Source of the DNA: Schizochytrium sp. TIO01
Lineage: Eukaryota; Protista; Bigyra: Labyrinthulomycetes
Direction of reading: 5' to 3'
NCBI GenBank assembly: GCA_004764695.1
Contig: SMSO01000031.1
Coordinates: 2,022,436 to 2,086,435, forward strand
DNA length: 64,000 nucleotides
A model generated the notes under the pieces. The model did not search any database. It was given only the letters and a program-made list of their open reading frames with translations, and was not told where the DNA came from. This document shows positions 24,901 to 36,500 of the stretch, in pieces (the stretch's first letter is position 1; each line of letters begins with the position of its first letter). The translations under genes were made by a program, and so were the position numbers.

Positions 24901-26030
24901 TCTCTCAGCCAGCGAAATCGCGAACTTGCGTGGGTAGAACTGCTCTAAGGCAAATTGTGCATCAATATACTTGCTTGCAGAACCGATGTAGAAAAGGCCC
25001 CGGACATTGCTCTCCACAACTAGCATGTTCTGAGGAACTCGCAGAAGCTCTAACTTTGCAGTTCCAAAAGACAGCATTCTTGCGATATATTGGACCTGGC
25101 TTCGAGCAGATAGTTTACAACTTTTCGCGAAAACTCGAGCCCATGCCTTCATCGTACTATGCACTCTATAGAGGGACTGACACCAGCAAGATAATCAACT
25201 CATGCGATCTCGCCGGGTGAGGGGCTACTTTGTCAGAGTGATTATGTTGTTGTCGTGTGAACCAGCGCAGTGAATCATTGCAATCCCAGAACCGAGAGAG
25301 AAGAAGAATATACTCAAAGGAATATAACTTTAAGTGTGCTCTCGAACGGAAGCTCTCTGTCTTGGCTTGCTTGCCTCGTCGCCTTAAAAAATGGCTGGCT
25401 GTTCTCTCATTCAGAATCAATTTGGTGTCGCCCTTGAATACATGCACTCATGCTCAGAGAGTTTTTTTTGCACTTTCTCCCCGTGCTCTTCTTGATGACG
25501 AGTTCATAAGAGCGTTATCGAGAACCGTTTGGGAAATCATTAGGCTCTCGAACACCAGCTATCTCCATGAGTGAGGATTTAAAGGTACTGCAATTTGTAA
25601 TACCCCACAACTACCTATATATATTAACTTGGGAGCCCGACTCAGGTGAGTGTGCCTTTAAGACACTGATGCGAGTCACTTCTTAAGATGTTCTCTTATT
25701 TAGATTTGTGATTTTTTAACTCAGGAGGAGAGGTTGATACATTAAAATTACAACTATGTTTGTTCATGGGAAGGGATTGCAAGGATGGGCTAGTTCATGG
25801 ATCTGTAAGCACGGGTCAACAGTAGCAAAACCAAGTGAGCAATGTACATTAAACATTTAATCACGTTCAGAATAATGCTCGCAAGTCTGAGAATGTCAAT
25901 ATCAAGTGTGTACTTACCCAAGTGAAGACGATTCTTACCCCGAGCAGAAATTGAGAAGATCCTTTGGGACTTGATGATTAAATTATAAGTTTTCATTTTA
26001 AATATATCCAGGAAAAGGTTTAAAACAAAC

Positions 26031-28085
26031 TCAGAGTCTGCCTTCCAGCATTGTACTCCCTGAAGTAGCAGTGGCAGTGAAAAGATTACCAGCAGCCAGA
26101 ATATTCTGAGGGTCCATGATCTTCTTGATCGCATGCAAAAGCTCACGCTGAGCAGACGAGGTCACCTGTTGGTAAAACGGCAAACGAACCTTACCTACGC
26201 CATGATGATGTGATAGACTTCCACCTGCACGCAAAACCTCCTCGCGGGCACTATCCTCAATACGAGAAAACACCTCAATAGGAGTGCTCAATGATGCGAT
26301 ATCGTTCACGTTTATTCCAAAGTAGAAATACATCGCACAGCATGTATCGTACGTTTGTGTAATACGGCCGCCCACCAGAGGCGCTGCCACTAACCCAGCA
26401 GCCCCTGCCTCCACTCGAATTCGCTCACATACTCGGTCATAAAGCTGAGAGACTTGTGACCATGGAACTGTAGTTTCAAAGGACTCAGAGATGAATCCAA
26501 AGTCTAAGCCAAAGTCGCGAAGATAAGCAATCATCCAAGTCAAGTTATAACCACGGTGTGCACTCTCCGCACCGGCACGGATTCCACCATAGCGCTTACA
26601 AATGCTATCAACTTGCCGCATAGACTCACGCACTTGAGCAGCATCGTACCCTTCGAACAAAAGAGTCATTGCGCACATGTGGTCAGGGTCTAGCTTGTGG
26701 TACTCTAATACATAGAATTTCTTGGCTTTATCAATCAAAGAGCTTATTTTCCCTGGTGGAGTAGGGCCCTTCAAAGCTTGGCCCATTTTAAATTGTGCGT
26801 TATCCATTAGACGCACACTCGATGGTGCGGCTCGCAAAAGAGCAATCTCCCGCATAGCGCCCTGACCATCACGAAAACTTCCAAATACATAAGAATCAAA
26901 AAGTTTCTGGCTTGGCCTGAGACGCAAGCGTACCACTATTTCTGTCACTACTCCAAGAACACCCTCTGACCCAATAGCAAGCTTGACGGGGTCAGGGCCA
27001 ATAGAATCACGCTCGAAGACTGACTCACGAGTCAAGGTTCCCATCCCTGGAGTCACCAGCTTAATATTAAGGACGATGTCCTCAATGTTTCCGTAGGTAT
27101 TTTTTTTCATGCCTGATGATTTCGTTGCGACCCAACCACCTAAGGTGCTGAATTCCAGGCTATCAGGTTCATGGCCCAGAGTAAGACCTAGCCGCCCAAG
27201 CTTCTCTTCAATATCTCTGCCATAGGCTCCAGCCTCGATACATGCAGACATGTTGTTTCGGTCCACCCACAATATATTGTTCATTTTTCGCATGTCAAGG
27301 CTCACAATGCAACGGCGATTAAGATTGTTCAGTGATCCATTGGCTTGTGGCACACGCAGTGCTTGCGTAACGCTGCTGCAACCACCAACAGGAACTAACA
27401 CACAATCATGGTTTACAGCGGCCTTAACAACGGCCTCAACTGCTTCGTGCGACTTGGGAAACACAACCAGATCGGGAATTTGCCACGGGACGACTGGATC
27501 AAACCGTAAAGAATAGATCTCTTGCACAGATTGACCATGGCTGCGGCGAACGCGCGTCATAAGATCCTCACTCACATCAACATCATTTCTGTCAATGAAC
27601 TCATCAAGAAAACCCTGGTTTTTCACAGACGCTGGGTATTTTTGTGGATCCGGACCAGATAAAGGTTCCGCTGGGTTTTCCAGGTCCAGGCCTAGCACAG
27701 ACTCAGCCCAATCTGCAAATTCTGGAAAATCTCGTTGACCTCGTGGGAAAATATCCAAGTATCGCTCACCCAAGAGCTTCACTGTCCCATCTTCGTCTAC
27801 CCGCAAATTACAGTCCCTATAACCCCATCCATTCCAGCGAGTTTCTTCCTCACCATCATCCACAATATTTGGCTGTCGAGAATTTTTCCGGGGAGACAAT
27901 TTCGATCCATTCATTTCTGATCTGTTATGCAAAGGTTGTTGTTTATTTGACTCAGCATATTGCTCCATCAGGGCCTCCTCGAGCCATTTCCATTCATCTT
28001 CCTCGGCCGTACTGCGCATCTTTACCTCCTTTAAGCCTTCAGCAGCTGTACTTGCATCTTCGTCATCCCCAACCCGAGACGCCAT
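26031..28085 (-). CDS. AGPS: Alkyldihydroxyacetonephosphate synthase (FAD-dependent, ether-lipid biosynthesis)
   Basis: RWNGWGY, PDLVVFP, GHEPDSLEFSTLGGWVAT, SGMKKNTYGNIED, GSEGVLGVVTE, ESFETTVPW, RITQTYDTCCAMYFYF, GGSLSHHHGVGK. First ATG is 28085, alternative 28019 in AAG-ATG context; the track start is TTG. Confidence 0.95.
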   Translation of the reverse strand: MASRVGDDEDASTAAEGLKEVKMRSTAEEDEWKWLEEALMEQYAESNKQQPLHNRSEMNGSKLSPRKNSRQPNIVDDGEEETRWNGWGYRDCNLRVDEDGTVKLLGERYLDIFPRGQRDFPEFADWAESVLGLDLENPAEPLSGPDPQKYPASVKNQGFLDEFIDRNDVDVSEDLMTRVRRSHGQSVQEIYSLRFDPVVPWQIPDLVVFPKSHEAVEAVVKAAVNHDCVLVPVGGCSSVTQALRVPQANGSLNNLNRRCIVSLDMRKMNNILWVDRNNMSACIEAGAYGRDIEEKLGRLGLTLGHEPDSLEFSTLGGWVATKSSGMKKNTYGNIEDIVLNIKLVTPGMGTLTRESVFERDSIGPDPVKLAIGSEGVLGVVTEIVVRLRLRPSQKLFDSYVFGSFRDGQGAMREIALLRAAPSSVRLMDNAQFKMGQALKGPTPPGKISSLIDKAKKFYVLEYHKLDPDHMCAMTLLFEGYDAAQVRESMRQVDSICKRYGGIRAGAESAHRGYNLTWMIAYLRDFGLDFGFISESFETTVPWSQVSQLYDRVCERIRVEAGAAGLVAAPLVGGRITQTYDTCCAMYFYFGINVNDIASLSTPIEVFSRIEDSAREEVLRAGGSLSHHHGVGKVRLPFYQQVTSSAQRELLHAIKKIMDPQNILAAGNLFTATATSGSTMLEGRL

Positions 28086-28646
28086 ACCTGTGGCTCTTAC
28101 CAGGCGCAAAACGCCCAAAGCGATAAGAATCTATCTTCAAGAGTCCTGAGGTTTGTTTTAGCCCGATACTTGATCTCCAGCAGCCTCCTATGCGTCTTTG
28201 ATCGCGTTTTCGTCACTTCTACGAACGAGGCCAGCGTGGTCCCCCGCGGCGGCGCATCTACTTTTGCTGCACTTTCTGCAGCAAAATAAAGGTCCCTGTC
28301 CTACAAAAAGGGACTGAGTGCCTCCCCCTATTACGCCCTAATTGGTTCGTCGATGAGGGGCCGATTCTAGTATCTGCTAAGGAGGCCTTAACGATGGGAA
28401 AGGCCTGTTCGTTTCGTATGTCTCTTGAATTGTGTGTTGATCCTTTCCTGATTGGGCTATCAAACTCCGATTGATCACGAGCTTGATCTTGGACTGCACG
28501 ACGCCAGAGCCGCGGCGGTTCCTGGTTGTAAGAGATTTTCCCTGTACTCTTGTGAATTCCGCGGGCTGGAAAGGCTCCGGGAAACTGGGCTTTGGGTCTA
28601 CTAAGAAGCTTGAGAAAGCGCTGTGGATCCAAGGAAGAAGGCCCAG

Positions 28647-30128
28647 ATGGCGTTTCTAACCGGCCGTGGACGGGATCTTTTACCGCTCAAAACTCACATG
28701 CCGTATACGTTGAGTGTGCGTGCTGGCGGTCAATTTGCTGCGAGATCCTCTGGGAAGTCTTCAAGGTTTTACGCCTCTTCATCTCGATATGCCCCGGCCT
28801 CAAGGACGTCCAGATGGGGCCCTCGAGCACTTGGATTTTTTGGAGGCCTCGGGCTCTTTTATGCTGCCGGGAGAGCTGCATATGAGAACCCTGACCTTGC
28901 TGCAGAGCTCCCGATGGACTTTGGATCTTACCTGATCGCAGGATATGCTGCACTGCCCACACAGGCTCAGGTTGCAAGCTGGCCTTCGGTTTTGTCTTCC
29001 GCGTCAACAGCAATTCTCAATAACCAGGTTTCGCCCACTCCAACTGCGGAATCAACAGCGCGAAGTGGTTTTGAGGAAGTTTATCAAAGTATTCCTGAGT
29101 ATGTACGCCCACAGCGTGCTGTTGTTTCTCCAATTCTGCCCAGCGGTGCATACCTCACCATTCATCTCGACGATAAGGCGGATCTTGTAGAGTGCGCGAT
29201 CCTTGCAGCTCGATCCCTTGAGCAGATTGATGACAAAGCATATGTTGCTCTTGGTTTTAGTGAACGTGTGTGGTCTGCTGTTCAGCAACGCCTCCCCGCA
29301 GGGGTGCCTTTGCACCCATATACCTTCTCTACACTCGAGGGCTCAGGCGGATCAATGCCGGCCACGGGCGGAGACATTTACCTGCACTTTAAAGCAGATG
29401 ACAAGGGTTCCTGTATGGATGCTGCCCGTGTCGTTCTTGAGGCCTTTCCAGAAGGTTCAATTTTTGATGCAGAAGATCTCTACGGCTTTAAGTACCGTGA
29501 CAACCGCGATCTCACCGGTTTCCGCATCGATCACGATTCTGCGTCAGATGCAAGCCCTGAAATGATCCAAATGCGGCGTGACATTGCTTGCGAACCCACT
29601 ACTGGCGGATCATACATGCTTGCCCAGGTTTGGCGTCATAAACTTTTTGAGTTTATGGATCTTTCCACAGAGGAGCAAGAGGGCGTTTATGGTCGCACCA
29701 AAGAAAGTTTTCGCTATGTTGGATCTGTTGATCTAGGAAAGCACCCCGACAAGCTCGCACATGCGATTGACTCAGGTCTTCCTGAAGAGTCTCACATTGC
29801 CCGAGTCATTGGAGTTGACCAAGGAGGAAACCGCCTGCGCATTTTCCCCCAATCCCTCCCCACAGGCACCTGGGCCCCTGGACCTGTTCATAAGGAGAAC
29901 ACTCATGAACCAGGTCTCTGCTTCCTGGCCTATACCCAAGATCCCGTTGTCTTTTCCTACATGTGCCGCCGCATGGTTGGTGCCCCAGTGCGCGCAGACC
30001 AGGAATCTACTGCGGACTCAAAAGAGCGACCCAGCGATGCTTTGCTCAAGTACTCTCGCTGCATCCGCTCCCAGTTGTACTATGCACCGAGCGCCCAACA
30101 ACTCAAAGCCTTGGCCGCCTTGTCATAA
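28647..30128 (+). CDS. Dye-decolorising peroxidase (YfeX/DyP-B-like) fold protein with degenerate distal site and N-terminal targeting-like extension
   Basis: MPATGGDIYLH, RDLTGF, GGSYMLAQVWRH, EQEGVYGRTK, proximal-His motif SHIARV, QSLP, GLCFLAY and YYAPS are collinear with the YfeX-type pattern. First ATG is 28647, alternative 28698; the track start is GTG. Confidence 0.88.
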   Translation: MAFLTGRGRDLLPLKTHMPYTLSVRAGGQFAARSSGKSSRFYASSSRYAPASRTSRWGPRALGFFGGLGLFYAAGRAAYENPDLAAELPMDFGSYLIAGYAALPTQAQVASWPSVLSSASTAILNNQVSPTPTAESTARSGFEEVYQSIPEYVRPQRAVVSPILPSGAYLTIHLDDKADLVECAILAARSLEQIDDKAYVALGFSERVWSAVQQRLPAGVPLHPYTFSTLEGSGGSMPATGGDIYLHFKADDKGSCMDAARVVLEAFPEGSIFDAEDLYGFKYRDNRDLTGFRIDHDSASDASPEMIQMRRDIACEPTTGGSYMLAQVWRHKLFEFMDLSTEEQEGVYGRTKESFRYVGSVDLGKHPDKLAHAIDSGLPEESHIARVIGVDQGGNRLRIFPQSLPTGTWAPGPVHKENTHEPGLCFLAYTQDPVVFSYMCRRMVGAPVRADQESTADSKERPSDALLKYSRCIRSQLYYAPSAQQLKALAALS

Positions 30129-30518
30129 ACAAAACATCAATAACCCTCAACACCTTCCTATACCATGATACATTCCTATTCTTCCTCGCAAAGCTAGTAA
30201 TGCAGAAGAGGTACTTTGAAGTTCCGGCTTGCTCACTTACCATAACATAATAAGCTCATGTTCATGTTCGTCATTTGATTAAATCTCCCAGCGTCCTTTC
30301 ATCAGCTAAGAAAGGAGTTCCCCCTTAGCTTCTCGACCCTTCTCCATACCGGTATCAATAAATAACAACAGTGACTTCAAACTAAAGCATTTTGAAATAC
30401 AAATAAGTATTTGATCCGAAACACTCGCCGGATGTGTGTAGATTTTTTTCACAAGAGCAAACATAAATTGATTTACTTCTTTTTCTTAAAGGATCTGAAA
30501 TGGCTAATGTTGTGCTGC

Positions 30519-33500
30519 TTAGATGAGGGCCATAAGCATTGCGCAGATGTACAGAATGGGATGCTGATAAATGTGTGCCGCATCTGAGATCACTGGAGCA
30601 GTGGGCTCCGAGGTGGGTTGAGCAGTGGGCGCTGCAGTAGGCGAAGTTGGGGCCTTAGTTGGGGAACTTGGTGATGTAACAGGTGCCGAGGTAGGACTTG
30701 GAGTAGGCGCAGATGTTCCAACCTCGCATTGTGAACCCGTCCAGGAGCCCGTGCATTCACATGTACTCGTTCCTGCATCGGTGTCTTCAACACACTCACC
30801 ATGCCCAGAGCAAGTTCTACCCTCACAGAGATCCTCTTCAATTGCAGAAACACTAAGCTCTGTAGAAGATTCGACAGCGCTTTGAATGACGGATGCATCT
30901 AAGCTCATCTGAACGCTTGACACATCCAATGCTTCGCCAGATTCGGCTTCCTCAATAGACTGGAGGGCTGATTCTTTCGGAACAGCTTTGATAACAAGAC
31001 TGCTAGTTTGAACCGGCGTTGCAACAGAGTTCACGCTAGCTGTGAAGACCACATTCTCTGCAGATGCTTCCGCTTCAATAAGCGTCGCCAGCGAGCTAAC
31101 CTCGATCACTTCGTCATCAGTATTGCCATTCTCAACTTCATCCTCTTCAATGCTTTTTTCAATCGAGTATCCCACGCTTGCAGTTGAGAGAGAGCGGCGA
31201 CGTCTCTCACGCCGGTTGGTCTCAATCCAAGTTGTAACATTGCATGTTGCGAATCCTGTACACTTCTGCGCCGCGATCGCATTCTTTATATATCGCAACC
31301 CATTAGTGTCCATTGCTTGACTCGTGTCTAGGCTCATGGAACCCGTAGTTGTCTGCTTGATAGTGATCTTGATATCGACCTTATCCCTAACAGATTCTGG
31401 CAAGGATCCTGAGACACTACTCTTCAAGTTGCTCAAAGCTGTTGATACCGCTGCAGTGTTATTCTTAGCCTTCAGGATATTCTGGGACATAGAAACCTTG
31501 AACGTAACAAGAGGCTCTGGTGCAGGCTTAGTTGGTGCCGGAGTCGGTGCGCGAGTGGGGACTTGAGTAGGAGAATCCGTCGAGGAGGTACCGGAATCTG
31601 CTGTTGGGGAGGATGTAGTTGGGGAGCTTACAGCAAAAGAAAAACTGTTAGAATTTTCAACCTCTGTAAGGCTCGAACCATATCCCAATTCACCGCCCGC
31701 AGTAAGATTGGTATCTGGTGAAGTACATGCATCGCCAATCCAGCCAACATGACATGTGCAGACTGCATCACCAGTCTCAATCGAGCAATCGCCATGCCCT
31801 CCACAAGAGATGCCATCACTATCCATAGGGCAGTTCATTCGACCACAAGCACTACCTGTGTAGAGCGCTGCAGTGTTACCCTGATTACATGTACAAACAT
31901 GGGTGCTGTCGTCACAGACACCATTGTCATTGCAATAGAAAGAGCACCCCGCGTCACAAGCAGCACCGCTGAAGCCACACCGGCATATACATTGAACCGT
32001 ATCATCGCTGCCAAGCACACAGGTGCCAGATGAGCTACTGCAGGACGAGCACGTCTTTGTGCTTGTGGTGAGTGAATCTGCGACGCGGAAGATTGGGTAA
32101 TAAACCCCTCCTTCGGCGATTTCAATACAAATCTGGGATGCAGTCCGCTCAACATAGATTGAAGTATCATTCTCAAATAAAACGGGACGCACAATACCCT
32201 CTGCATCCATTTTTCCAACCGCGTACGTGTCAAAGACATCCTCGCGCAAAGTAATGTCCTCTCGAGCTGGCAAGCAAAGCAACACAGACTCAACTGCGCC
32301 AGTTATGTTGAGGCCACGACCATTTCCAATGAGCTGGCCAACCACAAGCCCACCAGTGTTAATCACCGCAAATGCATCAAACGAGGAGGCGTCTTCATCT
32401 TGGCATGGTTCATGTTTGCTGTAGATACCTGCTGAATATTCTGTCACAGACACCGAAGTAAAGCTGGCATTAGTTTCTACCAAGCGTCGTCGAGCTTCCT
32501 CTGTTATTATGCTACTGGTAACAACTGTGACACCAGAACCTGCCGAAAGTGTTTGGCCAAGAGGTAGCTCTTGCTCGGTACTCAGTGCACCTCCTTTTTG
32601 AGTTTCAAAACACTCAGATTCTGAGGATGACGTTCCGGAACAATCACACGAAATCGTTTCAAGAACCTTATTGTAAAGGTTATACCTTACAAGAAGCTCC
32701 TGCATCTTATATTGCGCAAACGCCCGCATCACAGGATTCTTAAGCTGCTCCTGGACTAGATAATAAGCTTGGCGAGGGATCCACTTATTTACAGATTCCA
32801 TCTCCCGACCGTTCGGCTTGAAGCTAAATTGGCGCACAAAGGGCTTCATAAGATTACCACCTTGCCAGTGTCCCATATTCACCACCTCTCCACCGCAATA
32901 TATGCAGTCCTCCTCACTGTATTGGCGTACATCCCAGCGGTTCAATTTGCAACCAGGGATAGAGCAAGACTCTGCGTTACGAATAGGTTCATACCATGTG
33001 GCATTGACAGCAATACAATCTTCCTCGGTGTATATTCCCTCTTGCTTGCAGCCCAAGGAATGCCACAAATACCATTTTTCATAGCCGCAGCCTTCTGATA
33101 TACTACGCTCCCCAAGACAAACACCTTGAATAACGTCACGCTGAGACCAAGAACACGAGACATAGGAAGAATATGAATACCCATTTTCTTCGACAACTTC
33201 CTCACCCCAGAAGCGATCGCCGTACTCCCAAGAAGGATCTGTGCAATGCTCGGTCGTGAAATCCATCACGCCTCCATACATATTCATGCAATCGCCTCGA
33301 AGAGAGCATTTCTCCGTAGAGCAGCGCTGGAAATTTGCCCAGCAGCTAAGCTGGTTATTAACAGCTTCCGGGTACTCTGGATTGGGAGCTTGGCAAACCG
33401 TGGACACTTCATACCAGTCATTGAGGTAAATGTCAGGTTCGGGACAACTATACCATTCATACCCCTCGGTCTCTTCGCACACTTCTTGAAGAGTGTTGTA

Positions 33501-36500
33501 AAGAATCTCATAGGTTTCATTATGAAAGCAAGCACCATTAGAGTCACTGTACATGCACGAAGGGCACCACTTATCGCATTGCTTACTTGAGAGCCGCAAG
33601 CACTGTTCCTCAGACCAAGGCTGCTCACCAGAGTAAAATCCAGTCTCTGGGTGACGACGCCAGCTGTTGATAGTACCTTCGCACTGACCTGCATCACACT
33701 GCTCCTCGGTAGCATATCGGGATGGTTCAAAGTAAAACGCAACATCGTTGAGCTCTCCACCAGCATTCAAGCAGGCCTCTTCCTGGTCAGCGGCAAGGCC
33801 CTCATTCACAAGGTTTTTCAAATCCCAGCTGTGAATCATGCACCAGCCCTGATCCTCATTCCAAGGACCACCAAACCACATCACCCGATCTTCGTCTGGA
33901 AAGTCAAGTACAATTGTGCACCCACTGTAACCCCATTCATAATGCTCCTTGGACTGTACAGAGGAGGATGTGCTATTTATGTAACAGCCTGGTTGGCATT
34001 CGAATCCACCCCATTCTCCGTTTGCTGGGGCTTCCCAGCCCGGAAATCGCTTTTCCCAGGACTCTCGCTCGCAAAGATCAAATTGAAAGCAATCCTGGCT
34101 GGAAGCATTTGCAGCCAATTCACGGCCGCAATAAGTCCAACCATTATTATCAATCCAAGTGAAACCAAGGTTTTCACAGTTTTCTTGCGAATAGCCTCCT
34201 TCTGTGTACCACAATTGAACCTCACAACGTGCCGCTTGTGAAGATGGCCAGCCACCATCCCACGCGCAAAAGGGCTCATCGCCAACGCATTCCTCCTCGT
34301 TGTAGATGCTTCGGTCGTTGCAGCTTGTATATGAAAGGCATGCTGTTTCGTTCTGAGATACGTACTCTTCTCCGCAGCATTTCTCTGACTCAGAATAGCA
34401 TTCATGGCACTCAAACATCAAGGGTTCGCAGTTCTCCTGGTAGCATTCATAACATTGCGTCCATGTATCGACATAATCTTGGCAGTAGGAGTACACCTCT
34501 CCGTCCCATTCATATTCCGCCCAGGCACCTAAACAGCACTCGCCACCATACATGTTCATACGCCAAGAGCCGTCATATGCACTGCAACAAACTTCATCTC
34601 GTAATTCCCATGAACTTGGAGAACCAGGAGGGTAGTATTTACAGTCTTTGTAGTCAGAATATTCGTTTGTGTGTACAAACGCGTCGGGAGGGCAGCACGT
34701 GCCACCATTGATCCAGGTTCCACCTGTGGCATTACACGCCATTTCACTCTCGCATGACCCCATGCATTCCTCTCTGCATGTTGAAAAGCCATCGCAAGGA
34801 GTATCAGGAAACCGCTCTTGAACCTCTGGGATGAGACATTCATAGTCGTAACAGATGTCGTTGTAAGAATAGGCACAAACACGTTCTCCACCAAGGCTCT
34901 CGCATGCTTCGGTGTCACTGTTAAGCTGCCATTCGGCAATGTACTCTCCAGTTTCTTCATAACGCTCTGAAAGATAGATACGAAGACCGGCTTGATAATC
35001 ACATGCCATTTCTTCCAGACATGTATCGTTGCAACGCCATTGAAACCCTGCATAACCAATGTCAGAATGCCAGCTTTGCTCGCCTTCGCAGCCATATTCC
35101 GTCATATGCTCCAACCACGCATTTGCAAAGCGATCATTTTCGTCTTCCACGTCTGTAGAGATTGGCTCCGAAATGCTCCATTGCTCCTTCAAGTAGTAAA
35201 CAATGTAAGGGTTCTTTTCTGAGTAAATCTCACGGAAGCATTCTGCATAGCATTTGGGCATGTCCTTCATGGATGTTTCACAGCGGCCGTCTTGTGCCTT
35301 GGAGTACTTACAATAGCAGTCAGCGTCAGAGTTGATATTTTCTGACTTATATATTAGCTCTGCGCATTCTTCAATGAATTCCCAGACATTTTCAAACTCT
35401 CCTGGGTCAACTTTACGAGAAAGTTCGTTTGCTAGCTTTGTTGCATCTTCCATCGTCGTGAAAAGATTGGTGAATGTTTGCTTCATGAGATCTGGATGCT
35501 GACAAATATCAAGCTTGTCCTCCTCAAAACCAGTTACAGTGCGTACAACTCCAGTCGGTACATCTTGAATTGGACAGCACATGATGTCTTGAAGCTCCCA
35601 GTTGCAGCATGGATCAGAAACCCAGTCCGGGTTTCGTTCGTACGTCCAGGTCGTCTCATTCCATATTCCCCACGAATAGGGACAGTACCAACGAACATCC
35701 TTCTTAAATTTGGTGATTGTACCATGAATTGTCACAGAATTGAAGATATCAAGCGCCCCTGCAATAGGGGTACTCGCAGCCAGCGCAGAAACACTTACCA
35801 AGCTTTTCTTGACATCTTGCCATGAGCTTGCTGCAGCAACATCACGGATTGCCTCCAATAGAACTTCACTCTTGGTTGCAAACAATTCAGGATTGGTCTG
35901 TGGTCTACCTTTTGTGATCGGCACCATCTCACAGTGCGCAATCTGCTCAGAGCAATCAGTGTTCAAGCATCCCTGCTGATACAGACGTTGGCCAAACGAT
36001 ACTTTCATATAACCATTTTTAAATAAGCTTTCCCATGTATCGCAGACTGTTTCTGCGTTTTGTGGCCACTGCCCGTCATTCTCTCTCATGTATCGGTCAC
36101 AGTTGACTTCATGTCGTTCAACCTCCTGCTCAGTACCACCGACCCACTCCATTCGCGTTGTAGAAACCTGAACAGCAAACTGAATTGTGTTTGGTTTTGG
36201 GTTGCATGTAAACTTGGAAAGGTCAGCTGTTGAAATATCTGCAAAGTCGAGAAACTCCCACTGTTCGCGGAGTGCTCCTTTCCACTTCATCTCTTTGAGG
36301 CCTTGCCGGGCCACAGTTGCCATAGAATCATCACATGGAGGAAGTAAATTCAAGTCATACTCACCGTCCGGCCAATCGCATGACTCTGGGAGGTAGTCTC
36401 GAGTATTGTTGACAGTCAAGCGAGCCACTCTTGAACGAAAAGGGTTCGACCACTCTGCAATCGGTTCATTATATCCATTGTTGCTTTTGTAAATCATAGC

